Assembly: GCA_965645245.1 (NCBI GenBank)
Contig: OZ287069.1
Coordinates: forward strand, 310,001 to 374,000
DNA: 64,000 bases
Direction: 5' to 3'
DNA from: Massalongia carnosa
Lineage: Eukaryota
The notes below the pieces were generated by a model. The model had not been told where the DNA came from. It was given only the letters and a program-made list of their open reading frames with translations, and did no database searches. Of this stretch, positions 25,022 through 38,178 are shown piece after piece (position 1 is the stretch's first letter; each line of letters starts with the position of its first letter). The translations under genes were made by a program, and so were the position numbers.

Positions 25022-27403
25022 ATGCCAATACGTGTCGATATTCCAGCATTTGCTAGTTGCCAGTTAACACTTTTGGACGCCGAGCTTACCACCGAGTCAG
25101 CCTCTACGGCTACCCTACTCGCGTCAAACTCACCGGGCACTCTCTCTCGCGCCGGCCTTGCTATTCTCAATCTCGTCGTCGTAGCTCAACGTACCGGCTT
25201 AGGTGGTAAGACGGTCGTAGAGTTGGAACAAGATCATGCGATTGGAAACGCCGGAGAAATTGGTGAGCATGGGATCCGAGTTGGGGATATCGTACGGATT
25301 GGGGAACAACCAAAGGGGAATGAGAAGAAGAAAGAGAGGGCTGGAATGAATGGAAGAGGTGTGGAAGGAGTCGTGGTGAGAGTGGGGCAGCGCACGATTC
25401 AGGTTGCGCTTGGGAAAGAGGAGGAGGAAATTGAGAGCTTGAGCGGAAGGTTGTGGGTGTGAGTAATATGTGGGTGCGGCTTTGGGTATCGGTCTCATCT
25501 TAATGGATAATGACTGATAATATCCTTTGGGTGTAGAGTCAAGCTGGCGACTGATATTACGTATAAAAGGTGTGTTTAAACATTCCAGGGAACTTTCTCA
25601 ATTCCAATATGCGGCTTCAGGATGAATCAAACTATGGAGAGACTCAAGAAAATGGGTGAGAGTGAATACTCTACTCTTGTCAGAATTCTCTTTGGATTAG
25701 AATCAGCCGCACCCGTCCCAGCGAATCTTGAAAACCCTGAAAGCGAATGCGGACCCATCGAATTCGTAGACCCAACGCTCAACGATTCGCAGAAGGATGC
25801 TGTTCGATTCGCACTGGCATCCCAAGAAGTTGCTCTTATTCATGGGCCACCAGGGGTAAGTGTATCCAGTTGATGGACTTATAAAGCATCTAAATCCTTG
25901 CAGACAGGGAAAACATATACTCTCATCGAACTTGTTCTACAACTGGTACAACGAAAGCTCCGCGTCCTGGTTTGCGGGCCTTCCAACATATCGGTAGATA
26001 ACATTGTTGAACGACTCGCTTCGCATAGACTGCCCATTATCCGGTTAGGGCACCCAGCTAGGCTACTTCCAAGCGTTCTCAGCCACTCTTTAGATGTACT
26101 TACGCAGTCTTCTGAAGCAGCCGGCATTGTTAAGGATGTGCGGAAAGAGATGGATGCAAAGCAAGCCAGCATAAAGAAGACTCGCAGCGGCAAAGAGAGA
26201 CGGTTGATCTACGGGGAGATGAAAGAGTTAAGAAAGGAGTATCGGGAGCGGGAAAAGTTGTGTGTCACTAGACTGGTTGGTGACAGTAAAGTCGTTCTTG
26301 CCACGTTGCATGGTGCCGGAGGGTTTCAGTTGAGGCATGAGAGATTCGATGTGGTCATCATTGATGAAGCTAGCCAGGCGCTGGAAGCACAGTGCTGGAT
26401 TCCATTACTCGCAGCAAAAAAACTCATTCTAGCTGGAGATCATCTCCAACTTCCTCCGACTATCAAAACTTCAACTCCTCATTCGAAACCAGAGAAAAGC
26501 AGCCCAAATCCTAGTCCCTCAAACGTAGCACCATTGAAAATCTCTCTCGAAATCACTCTTTTCGACCGCCTTCTAGCACTTCACGGACCCTCGATCAAGC
26601 GCATGTTAACAACACAATACCGGATGCACGAAAAAATCATGCGATTCCCCTCGGATGAGATGTATGAGTCCCGCCTTCTGGCTGCTCCGTCGGCAAGGTC
26701 TCGACTCCTAGTCTCTCTCCCCTACGAGGTGCAGGATACTGACGATACCCGAGAGCCTCTCGTGTTTTGGGACACGCAAGGCGGAGATTTCCCGGAAAAT
26801 GCCGAGGAGGAAGAAGTTAAAGGCGGTGCGCTTAGCGGGGGTAAGGGGGCCCTCATGAGCGATAGCAAAAGCAACGCGATGGAAGCTGCACTCGTCAAGC
26901 TGCAAGTGAGGAATCTCGTCAATGCTGGCGTATCGGCTGAAGACATCGCGGTTGTAACGCCATATAACGGGCAGTTAGCCCTTTTAGTGCATGATCTGAA
27001 AGAGCAGTTCCCAGGCATTGAGCTGGGGAGCGTAGATGGTTTCCAAGGGCGAGAGAAAGAGGCGATCATCGTGAGCTTAGTGCGAAGTAACGCGGAGCGC
27101 GAGGTAGGGTTTTTGGCTGAGAGTCGGAGGTTGAATGGTATGTTAGCCTGTCTGCTGAAGTATTTCGGCGCTGACGAGATATTCTTCGAAGTGGCCATGA
27201 CGCGCCCGAAACGCCATCTTTGTGTAATCGGCGACTCCGAAACTGTCAGTCGGTTCGTGCTTTGCCCTTGTCCGTAATGAAATGTATTCTCGGCTCGCTG
27301 ACTTTTGTATTTAAATAGAGGCAGCGTGTTCCTCAAAAGATGGATGGCTTTCCTGGAGGAAAACGCCGATTTGCGGTATCCAAACGTTGCCGATTTGGCG
27401 TAG
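25022..27403 (+). CDS. HCS1: SF1 DNA/RNA helicase Hcs1/IGHMBP2 (SMUBP-2), multi-exon
   Basis: LNDSQKDAV..LIHGPPG/TGKT, SNISVDN, IIDEASQALE, LAGDHLQLPP, LTTQYRMH, SVDGFQGREK, RRLN/VAMTR; last exon ends TAG at 27401-27403. Confidence 0.93.
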
Positions 27404-28763
27404 GATTCTATGGCTGTTAAGATCAGTTCATTCTCTTTTCAGCGATCGAGAAGCCCCTTTTATCACCTGCGCGAGAAACCAGCCTAGATGCCCTGAAAAA
27501 AACAGAACTGTTGTGCTTTTGCGGATTACCGCGTGTAACGACCTGTCAAAATACTCATAACATCAATGTCTGTTCCTCCTTTCACGTTGATACCCCCTCA
27601 ACGGATTAACGTATTTAGATGCCAATCTCTACGGCCAACTAGTCTGATGCTTGCCCAGATCCAGCGAGATAGCCAAGAACATTCCAGAAGTTTTGCCGGA
27701 CTCCTTCCCTCTGCGTCATTGTTGAGCCACCAACCATGACGGAACTAACTAGTATTGACCTGTCTTCAGGGACGGCGCTAGGCAGCAGTGGTGGAAAACT
27801 CCAGGCAACAGGCAAGAAAGAGACGGACGGCTTGGGAAGAGTTTCCATAAGGGGTCAAATTAACTAGCGGAAGCATAATGCATGGGACAACGCTGGCGTT
27901 GGCAGGGGAACATCCATGGGGAGCTTACGGTGCAATGACAGATAGACGGAACAATATCTTATCCTTTTCTAAAACCTAAGCTACATCTGCAATTAGAGTA
28001 CATCTTTTACAGAAAGGAGATAAAGGCTTTGATTCTAGCTCGGGAGATCAAACTTCCACAAGAAGAACTACAAACAGGAGCCTAGCAGCGAACGAACACC
28101 TCACATTTCAGACGGCGAGGGACAAGACTTTTGCGAGCCCCACACGGTTCTCCGAGATACCTAGCGAGTAAAAGCTGCATTCATTTCCAGGCCCCTTATC
28201 CACGATTCTTCTTGTGCCGCTAATTATTACTATAAGGATTACTCTAGTTAGCCTAGCTAACTAGCTAGTTAACTATTCATGATGGCAGCCTACCAGCCAG
28301 CAACCCCAAACCTCCTGTTGTTTTCCCGCGCGGCTCGACTCGACTCTACTCTAGCTGGTTAGTTAGTCAGGTGTCGCTGTCGCTGTTGCTGTTGCTGTTG
28401 CCTGGGTTCTCCCATTCTTCCGGAATCGAGAGTTGGTGGAGTTTAACTAATGACGGGACAATGGACTTGTTTGTGCCCTACCTAGGCTTTGAGGGGCCAC
28501 CGCCTGTTAGGAATTGGTTTGTTTGGAATATTCCTCTGCTGTGATGAATGGATGGATGTAGTCGTGGTGATGATAGGTTCGTTGCCACACACGTGATATG
28601 AGGGGGAGATATGGATTTAACGAGTTCCAGACCTCGGACTCGGGGGGAGATGCAGGTCATTCCGCTGCGTGTACATGTACATACTGCGCAATCGTATTTC
28701 GCCCCCTCTCCCCTAGCCTCGGCATAGGTAAATACAGAATTCATGATTGCACTTTCACTATAA

Positions 28764-29499
28764 ATGCGCGCTGCGAACCTCGCCTTTCCCAAACACTTCG
28801 TATCCAGCTATTTGACTCCGTCCATTACCTGCAGCAACAAACGCCCTCTGAACAGCGCCGGTCATCCAAGTTATCGACAAACTCGCAGGATGGCGTCCGC
28901 CACTTCTTTCTACGATTTTACCCCCCGTGACAGTATGCCCTCAACCTTCCTACCCCTCGTTTTGCACATGGAAATCCAACGCTAATGTCTGCCTGCCTTC
29001 CCCTTCCCCAGAAAAAGGCCAACCCTATCCCCTCTCCAACCTCCGCAACAAAGTGGTGCTGGTGGTCAACACCGCGTCGAAATGCGGCTTCACCCCGCAG
29101 TTCCAGGGCCTGGAGAAACTGTACAAGTCCATCACGGCCGCGCACCCAGACTCGTTCGTCATCCTCGGCTTCCCCTGCAACCAGTTCAACTCGCAGGACC
29201 CGGGCTCCAACGACGCGATCCAGGAGTTCTGTCAGGTCAACTACGGCGTCTCGTTCCCCGTGCTGGGCAAGACCGACGTCAACGGCGCCCAGGCCGAGCC
29301 CGTGTACGAGTGGATGAAGAAGGAGATCCCCGGCGTGCTGGGCATCAAGCGCATCAAGTGGAACTTTGAGAAGTTCCTCATCGGGAGGGACGGCCAGGTC
29401 AAGCAGCGCTGGGCGAGCACGACGAAGCCCGAGAGTTTGGAGAGCGCCATTTTGGCCGAGCTGAAGAAGAAGGGGAGTGCGGCGAAGGCCGAGTTGTAG
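28764..29499 (+). CDS. HYR1: Glutathione peroxidase (Cys-type, Gpx3/Hyr1) with optional N-terminal extension
   Basis: LVVNTASKCGFTPQF, LGFPCNQF, IKWNFEKFL; conserved start at 28890 (MASATSFYDF), intron about 28933-29010; in-frame upstream ATG at 28764. Confidence 0.93.
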
Positions 29500-31068
29500 G
29501 GTTGACCTTCTAGGAGGGGATATATGAGCGCTGCTTTCCTGTACTTTTTCTCTATCCTTACATCGAGTTTGTTGAAAATCGAAATTGTTGCTTCCTTTAC
29601 GCTAGTCTATCTATTTCCCAAGCGATCCGCAAGGCGTTGGAGTTTTCCGCCTCCAGATTGCTTCTTAGCACCGATTCCACGTATGTATTCTATCGACCCA
29701 AAATAATTTACCACACATCTCTTCGTCCCCCACTCCGCGCATCGCGCATTGCTTCCTCTGCGATCCACCTAACGAACTCACACCCGCAAATGTGGAGATT
29801 TCCCAGTCCTTTGATTATCTCCGTTCCAGCTGCCGTTCAAAACACTACCCATATCTACATGCATTATTTACAGAGATAGGCCGCTTTCATACCGGGGTAT
29901 ACTTATATCCTATATTGAATAACAAACGTAGAAGAAGAAAAAAGAAAAAACCCCCCTCTCACAACCCTCTTCCTCCCCCCCCCAAAACCATCCATCCATC
30001 TCTCGACCAATCTACCACAAACCCTTCCTTCCCAGCCACAACCCAAAACGGGGAATTTCCCGGATAGGGTTTCTGCGGGGAGTAGCTGGTGGCGAGAATC
30101 GGATATCTTTTAAATATAAAAAATATAAAAATAAAGAGAAAAAGGGGGGAGGGGGGGGTTCAACACCCTGAATTGGGAAAGGGAAGGGGGAAGGGGTGGG
30201 GGTATTTTCTAGTGATTTTGGGAATCTGGGAATCAGAATGCTAGTGTAGATGCAGAGGTTGTTGTGGTATGTAGATGGGGATATTTGCTAAGGATTGGGA
30301 TATGGATATGTATGCACATGGGATATGGGAAAGGAGAAGAGTTTGCACACACCAAAAAAAAAAGGGGACGTTCGGCTCAATTGCGCCGGTGGTGTGGGCT
30401 GCAGGTTACAAGCTCTGATATCGTGATGAGAAAGGGGTCCTGTTTAATTTAGTCCAAGGGGTTGAAAAGAGAGCTGAGAGCGGCTTGAGTCCATCGAGCG
30501 TCATCATTTGAAGCTAAACGCTCAACCCACCCCCTCAGCTACAAAGCGCAGGAACGTATCGTCGTGACCCAACACTAGAGCTTCTTTGGGTCGGTTCAGC
30601 TTTCACTCGGGGATGGAAAACCCAAAAAGGTGATGACTGAAAAGACTGATACTTGAAGTTGGGCTTTGAGTCAGAGCGTAAGAGACTGTGCTGAGCAACA
30701 GAAAGCACGCGACGGATGGAGGGTAAGGTCAGATAAGAATCGGTCTATGAGGAAGCAACATCAAAGATTCGCAGCTTGTCTGATTTAGGAAAATGCCAGA
30801 GCTGAATGCTGCATGAATTATCTTAGGAACAATTGTTGTTGAAGATCATACCATCCAAAAATGCGAGCAAGAAATTTTGATGACATCAGCGCCCTATCAA
30901 GTACCCAAATCAAAGATTCCGATAAAGCTCACCAAGTCCGTATGCATTGACGCGTGTTGTCAACTCCTACAGCTGGCTGAAGTGGGAGATCTTCTTGGAT
31001 AGATGGTAGCCTAGTTCTCGGAAGATGTTAGATTTCAAGCAGAAAATCGCTTCGTGAAATAGATCAGA

Positions 31069-31751
31069 TCATTCCACATATTCTATGTGCCCGACGATGT
31101 CATACGGCCCACAGCAACTGGACACGAAAGACCATTTGTTACCAAACTTGGATAGATCCTGGCCTTCATATTTGTGGCAATCTAAAGAGGGATCCTTGGT
31201 GATTACAAGTCAGCCTTGCTGGCCTACCTGCTCAAATCGAATGTACCTTCATATCATGACAGCACATCCATGTCCAACTCTTATCGCATTCCGCTACAAA
31301 CCAGGAGTAAATAGCTGCGTTTACCGATCAGCCGTCTGTCTTCTTCCTTCTTTCGGTTTGCTAGCAACATACAACCTACACAGTCATTATGACCGATGCA
31401 GCAACGAGGGTTGAAGCTTAAGGGACAAAGGTAGAAAGACGCTAAGCTGACTTTGCTATCCATTGGCTTCCCAGCGATGGACGATTCTGGTTCGCTATAT
31501 AAAGGGGCGAATGCATCATCCATAGAAGTTTTTGTTGAGGGAACGGCACGCTCATCACCGCTTGATAGAGTAAAGCCAAGGTCTAATCCATTACCAGGTA
31601 GCGTGTCACTCCAAACAGCGAAGATGGAGCCGGTTTGGGTATCGGTTTCAGCAGGAGTAGAAGTTTGATCCTCGTCATATCTCTCTCCTGGAAGGGGATT
31701 GGCAATGACGGTGGAAAGAATTGTAACACAAACGAAAAAAGATGACAGCAT
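31069..31751 (-). CDS. Secreted Cys-rich protein with hydrophobin-like 8-Cys spacing, 3 predicted exons
   Basis: Signal peptide MLSSFFVCVTILSTVIA-NPLP. Removing two predicted ~50-60 nt introns gives C-X7-CC-X5-C-X11-C-X7-CC-X9-C plus an extra CC. Confidence 0.6.
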
Positions 31752-32644
31752 TTTAGTCACAAGATGAATTGGCTCACGAGGTTTCGCAATCTTGAGCGTT
31801 GACTTTCACGAGCCGCCCCTTCCTCGAGCTCACCAACAAACACATCTACCGATTACGTAAGATGGAAAGCGTAACCAGGCACCTCCTTTAAAAAATTCGC
31901 TATAACTAACTGTCTGTGCTCTGCAGGCTAGTGGAATCTGAAAGACAAATAATGGGCAGTAAAGAGTTTGTTTGATTGATGAATGGTGGAAGGATCGCTT
32001 GGCTAAATGACTAAATGACTGAAAGTTTGATTGAATAAGGGCATGGATTGAACGACGAGGTGAGCACTCGGATACTCTCAGATACTTGGATGAATAGCTG
32101 CATGTTTGATTGAACGAATCGTTGATTGGCTTCGAATCGGAACAGGATGAGAGAGATGAGGGCGCTGGCGGATACATGAGGTTTTATCGAGGCTACAGCT
32201 GCGAGTACTTCTCGCATCAGGAGGAAATCAGACTAAATGAACTCCGTCTCAAATTCTCAATCGCGACGATCCAAACACCAATGGTGCGAGTGTCTAAATT
32301 CGCCTGAGATCCCAAGATATGCGATCTGTTCGGGTCGCTAGACTTAAGTAGCATGGATGGTGGGATGGGTATGAGTTAGCTCGGCGGTTCTGCATCATAG
32401 GACTGCAACGGGTAGGATATGTATGCTATATGTATGCTATATGTGTGCTATATATATGCTATATGTATGCTAGAATAGCAATATGAAGTCTGTTGGTAAG
32501 GGAAGACAATGCGAGACTCGAACGCAACAGTCGTCCTCTTAAGTTACTTTTATTACTTTTATTGCTTTTCGAGTGGAGCGTTGCTGATTTTGTGAAAATA
32601 CATACCAGTAGCTCATCATGCAAGACGATTCCAGAGCAGTGGCA

Positions 32645-32692
32645 AGTCGCTGTCGGAGTCGCTGTCCGAGTCGCTGTCGGAGTCGCTGTCCG
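32645..32692. repeat. Tandem repeat 4 x 12 bp (AGTCGCTGTC[G/C]G) upstream of RIB1
   Basis: Directly visible; units alternate CGG and CCG endings. Confidence 0.85.
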
Positions 32693-32789
32693 AAATGGGA
32701 ATCGTCGAGTGATTAGTTCTTAGGTAAGCAAGCAAGTCTCCATTTGTAAGACTCCGTCCGTTACTGGCCGACAATCGGCTTCAACTATC

Positions 32790-34026
32790 ATGTCCAAAAG
32801 CGAACTGCAACCCTCCCAACCCTCCCAATCCTCCCAAGGTATGGGTGAATTCAGCGACTTTCGTTCCACACCTGAACCATGCCTTCTCTAACCCGAATGG
32901 TGCCAGCTTTGCCCTCCCATCCCTCGTCTGTCTATTCTCCACGACCTGTGTTGGTTAAGAAAATCCCCGAGTACGACCTCAGCGATGGAAGGCTACCCTC
33001 ACCGCCACCAAACACCCTTCTCAGTCCCGCATTTACCCCTCCGTCCACGCCTGATGCGGGGAATTCATGCTCGCCCGGAGCCATAAAGCCAATTCCTATC
33101 GACACAACAGCCCACAAACCTCAAAAACTCCTCGAGACTCTACCAGAAGTGAACTGCGTGGTGCGGGCACGCATCCCGACAGTTACCGGCGCAGAAATGT
33201 TTCTGCATCTGTACCAAAACAACGTGGACAACAAGGAGCATCTTGCAATCGTATTTGGGCCTCACATTCGGTCGAGATCCCTCGACGCACCGCGGCCCGG
33301 AGAGACGGAGCTGGATCGGATGATTCGAGGCGCGTATACCGGCAGGCTGCATCCAGGGCGGACGTCGAGTCGGGGAGATCCACAGCCTTCAACAACCCAA
33401 GTTCACGCTCCGCTCTTGTCCAGTTCAACTGTCGTCCCTAAAGAACCCCCAGCCGCATCAGCCCCACTCGTTCGCATTCACTCGGAATGCTACACCGGTG
33501 AGACGGCTTGGTCCGCGCGATGCGACTGTGGTGAACAATTGGATGAAGCAGCAAGGTTGATGTCCCTCCCATCCTCCACTGGCGGAGTGATTGTCTATTT
33601 ACGGCAAGAAGGCCGAGGCATCGGATTGGGCGAGAAACTCAAAGCGTATAACCTGCAGGACTTGGGGTCTGATACGGTGGAGGCCAACCTTCTGCTTAGA
33701 CATCCAGCAGATGCTAGAAGCTACGGCCTAGCTACCGCAATGCTCTTGGACTTGGGGTTCGGCGGCGATTCCGGGATTAAGCTGCTTACTAACAACCCCG
33801 ATAAAGTTCGTGCCGTCGAAGGACCTAACCGTGAGGTTGTGGTGAAACAAAGGGTCGCCATGATTCCTTTGGCATGGAAAAGCGGCGGGAAAAGAGGCAT
33901 TCACAGCGAGGAAATCGAGGGTTATCTGCGCACAAAGGTGGAGTTCTTTGCTAGCACCTATCAATATGGGCTAATGGCTGACTGCAAAATCTATAGATCG
34001 GGAAGATGGGTCACATGATTGAATAG
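32790..34026 (+). CDS. RIB1: GTP cyclohydrolase II (riboflavin biosynthesis), 3 exons
   Basis: [71 protein letters not shown]; introns 32839-32906 and about 33938-33997. Confidence 0.96.
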
Positions 34027-34591
34027 AAAGTGAGAGATTAGGTGTGAATTGCGGTTTCTCCTGCATAGCGAAGGCGCATCCGTGGTCTATCATCTCTCTT
34101 GGTTTACGTTGTTCAAAATTTAAATAACAGAGTGCATCAGATCGATGCTGGCTGGGAGGATATCATTCAGCGTACACGCCTTTTGCAGACACAGAATCGA
34201 GAGTCGGCTTATCGGGGGAGTTGTAGATATCCACCTCATTCGAGAAGGAATAAAAAGCTTTTCCGAGATCATACCACGCATCAGACCACAAGAAGGTTAC
34301 CCTTTCACAATTCACCCGCTGTGCCAACGTACCGCGGTCCTTGATGCTGCCCGAAGCCTCCACTGTACTCTGTAGACCCCGAATGCAACGGATCAGTTTC
34401 TTGACTCTCGATTGCAAAGTTTCACGCTTCGAGCTCGGTAGTTGGTAGTTATCGAATAGGCGAGACTTCCACGTGACGTTGAACATGACTCGAGATCGGG
34501 TTCTGAAAGAAGTCTGCCTGACCCATCTGATGCCGGATCACTGCATTGTGCATCTTCGTTTGCCAGACCCTGAAGAATCGACTGCCCGTGA

Positions 34592-36266
34592 ATGGACGAA
34601 AGACCAGAGACACGGATCTATCCAAGATCCATCTCCCATACCGTCTCCCCCTCCATTCAAGACCCGGCATATCATGCTCGCTCATCCACCGCGCTCAAGA
34701 AGCGGAGAGCGTCCACTGCAGGCTCGAGAGGGGTAGCCAATCTGACCCCTGATCAGTTGGCCAAGAAGCGTGCGAACGATCGAGAGGCCCAGAGAGCCAT
34801 TCGTGAGCGTACCAAAGGCCAGATTGAGACTTTGGAACGAAGGATCCAAGAGTTGACTTCTCAACAACCTTATCAGGACCTTCAGCATGTGATTCGCCAG
34901 AAGGAGATTGTCGAGGCCGAGAACGAAGACATCAAAAAGAGGCTGAATTCCGTTCTGACCATCATACAGCCATTGCTCGCTGGACATGTGGTACCTGGTA
35001 ACTAACTCACCGCATTATAGTGATAATCAACGCCCCGAAAACCCATGTTTGCGCTAATATCGATGTTTGATAGACTCGGTGCAGCCCATGTACCGGGAGG
35101 CTGCTGCCGCCGCCGCCGCTGCCGCTGTCGCCACACAAGCTGCCTATAGTCCTCGTCGAGACGTACCACTTCAACCCATCCAAACAAGCCAAGCCCCAAC
35201 TCATACTCATTACGTTGATGGACATTCAGCACGGAGTACCACCTCGACGTCGTCGCGTTATACAGCATCACCGCAGGGACCACAACACACTCCGCCAACT
35301 CCTGGTCCGACGGAATTCTCTCCACAACCCGTAGTCTTTTCTCCTGTTGACGTCTTTGACAGACAACGCAACGTTCTATCACACGGATTAGACCTCAGAG
35401 GGCCCGGGGAGAAGCTGGACTTGGGATTTTTGTTGGAGAATCGCCATGACCTGCGCGAAGGGCGGCATCACATGGAGAGTTTAAAGGGGCTTACATCAGG
35501 AATAGCGTACTCACAGGTGTCCGCTGGCGCTGTCCCGCCCACGACCCACATGTCGAATGGAAAAATCGCCGACATGTATGAGAACACTTTGTATGCCCAC
35601 GCTGCACCTATACGTAACACACCGCCCACCTGCCCATTGGATGGCCTCCTCTTAGACTTCCTGGCGGAGCGTCAGCAACGTGCCGCTGAAGGGCTCTCAA
35701 ATCAAAAGCTTGTTGGGCCGGCTTACCCGAGCGTTTCATCATTACTGAACCCCGAACGAAGCATGTACTCGCATCCTCTTTCCAAGGTGTTTACCGATAT
35801 ATTAAGCACGTTTCCGGATCTCTCAGCGCTTCCCGAGCAGGTGGCAGTTCTATACATTATGTTTTTGATCATGAGATGGCAGATATCTCCGACGCAAGAA
35901 ACATATGACCGGCTTCCTGAATGGGTCACCCCCCGGCCCTCTCAGCTCTTCACACCTCATCCGGCATGGGTGGACCATCTACCTTGGCCCCGAATGCGGG
36001 ATAGAATGGTCCACTTGTATCCTGGCATTGCTCTCGAGAACTTCTTTATCCCGTACACGACCACCTTATCTTTGAATTGGCCCTACGATCCTTCTGATAC
36101 TCTTTTATCTCTCCCTGACTCGGAAGAGCTGTCCATCAATCCAGTGTTTGAAAGACATTTGCGCGATTTGAACAACTGGACTTTGGGCCCTGCGTTTGCC
36201 AAGGCGTTTCCAATGTTGGTAGAGACGACGAAGATTAAAGTGGAGCCGGGCGGCAGGATGACTTGA
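34592..36266 (+). CDS. bZIP transcription factor with C-terminal DUF3425 domain
   Basis: LAKKRANDREAQRAIRERTK..IETLE basic/zipper region; PEWVTPRPSQLFTPHPAWVDHLPWPRMRDRMV...FERHLRDLNNW; intron about 34998-35072. Confidence 0.88.
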
Positions 36267-38178
36267 TATGTTTCAAGTTCTTTTTGGTCGAGGCTTGGCT
36301 TCATTTTCTGAAATTGTTATATCAGAGAGGAGTATTGTTTCTGGTATTTATTTGGCTCGGATACTTTTAGGTTCGTTGAGAATTGTCCATATCTCATAAT
36401 CATTTAAACGTGGATTGAAGCAGCCCCCGGGATCATCCAACTTTTTAAGGCAGCCCCTACTTCTTTCGCTGTAAAGCTGTCTCTTGCGTGCCGTGCATTG
36501 ATTGGAAGTGCATGTACCTCTTCATATACACGCTGCCTTTAAAAAGGTTAACCATAGCTCACGTACTCATACATGACCTGCGCAATGCCCAAGCTACTCT
36601 GCCTGCCATGTTCTTCCCTTCATCTTTTAATTTAACAATTTTTTACGCATTTCGCTTTCGCACTACTTACTAACGGTTTGGGTGGAATGGCTGTCAATCA
36701 TTACTCGGTTTTCAAACGTGAAAGGAGGAGAACTCAGGTTATTTTGCCTTTGCTAGATGGATGCAATATTCACATAGATCCACCGAGTTCTCTGAGGCCA
36801 TACCTATATTCCCTTTTTTCAAGGACATCGCTCCTAAAACAAGCCCTCGACCTGACCCCCTTATGACGGCGCCGTGCATTCGGCAACAAATCGCGGTAGG
36901 GATTGCTCAGTCCAACCTCATCGCTTTCTCGTATAGCTTTTAATATTAATCGAACATCTTCATCAAATAAAACCAAACCCAACCCTCACCGCTATCTATC
37001 CCCGAACCCCCACCTCCACAAACTACTCACCCCTTCCACATACCCAACGTGCCTCAATCCCCCATTCCCTCACCCCGACACCCCGAGCACGTCCGTACGC
37101 ACCATGCCTCCCCGCCGGGTGCCTACCCTAATATAGATGTGTAACAAGTCTACACGCTCCTCCTGCTCTCCCCGCCTGAAAGGATTTAGAAACAACAGCA
37201 ACTTTCCCACAACGCCTTGCCTATTTCATACAACGATAACAGCAGCGCAAACCCAGGACGTACGTACGGGTCGAGAAGCCCGCATATGAACGCTGCTGGG
37301 TGGTTGGCAGGCGTGCGGGATGCAGGCAGGCAGTGAGACAGGGAGGTAACTTCACCCGTCGATAACCGCCCCCCCTTTTTGTTATATTCTTAACCTTTCC
37401 CCGCAACCCCATCGTTTTAGACCGTGGGGGGGGGGGGGGAAGCCCGGATTGGTCAGGAACGGGTGGTCCGATTTCGGGTTTCGGGGCGCTGGGATTTCCG
37501 CGAGGGGCGAGCAGAGCAGAGGGAAAGAAAGAAAGGGAAACTTTAGTTGGTCAGGTACCTGCTTCCTCCTGCAGAGGAGTACATGGGTAGCTAGCGGGGT
37601 TCCCCCGCTATGTGGATGTGGGGGGTTCGACCAATGTCCCGAGAGAAATCGCCAGGGACGCAGGGGGTGGGTGAGATACGTGTATATATATACATACAAA
37701 GAAATTACGAAAGGGGCATTTGAGGAGGACTGGACGGGACAGTCAAAATGGTAAATGAGGGGGGGGGGGGCGCGTTCGGAAGAGGAAATCTAAAAACCTC
37801 CCCGAAAAAGAGACTGAAGTTTAGCTTATCCTGGTGATTGTGAATTTTTGGTGTTCTGGTGATCGATTCTTTGCTCCTTTCTTTTAGAGAGAAGAAGAAA
37901 AATGCCTCCTTACAGCCGATACTAGGTAGCCTAGGCACGCCTCGCCACGCCACGCCACGTTCCATTCCGGACTGAACGAGGTAGCGATATGCGTAGAGGG
38001 TGTATGCCCGTGCCCAACACCCATACATACATACACTCAGCATTGGAAAAAAAATAAAAGCTGCGAGGTTGCCAGCCAGCCAGCCAGCCCGCACGCCCAC
38101 CCCCCCATTTCATTTCCATTTCCATTTCAAATAGGACGTCCATTCATAAAGGAATGCAAGAGGGAAGGTACTTGTGGC

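Noticed and set aside
27534..28105. Possible additional solo LTR between HCS1 and the GPx gene
   Set aside because: Several TG...CA end pairs are possible, but none has a matching TSD and there is no second copy in the window.
29070..29100. Selenocysteine glutathione peroxidase
   Set aside because: The active-site codon is TGC (Cys); there is no in-frame TGA.
30175..30202. Canonical G-quadruplex motif
   Set aside because: It lies in low-complexity G-tract intergenic DNA common throughout the window, with no specific functional evidence.
36300..38170. Short ORFs between the bZIP gene and MCM2
   Set aside because: Low-complexity, microsatellite-rich convergent intergenic region with no recognisable domains or splice structure.
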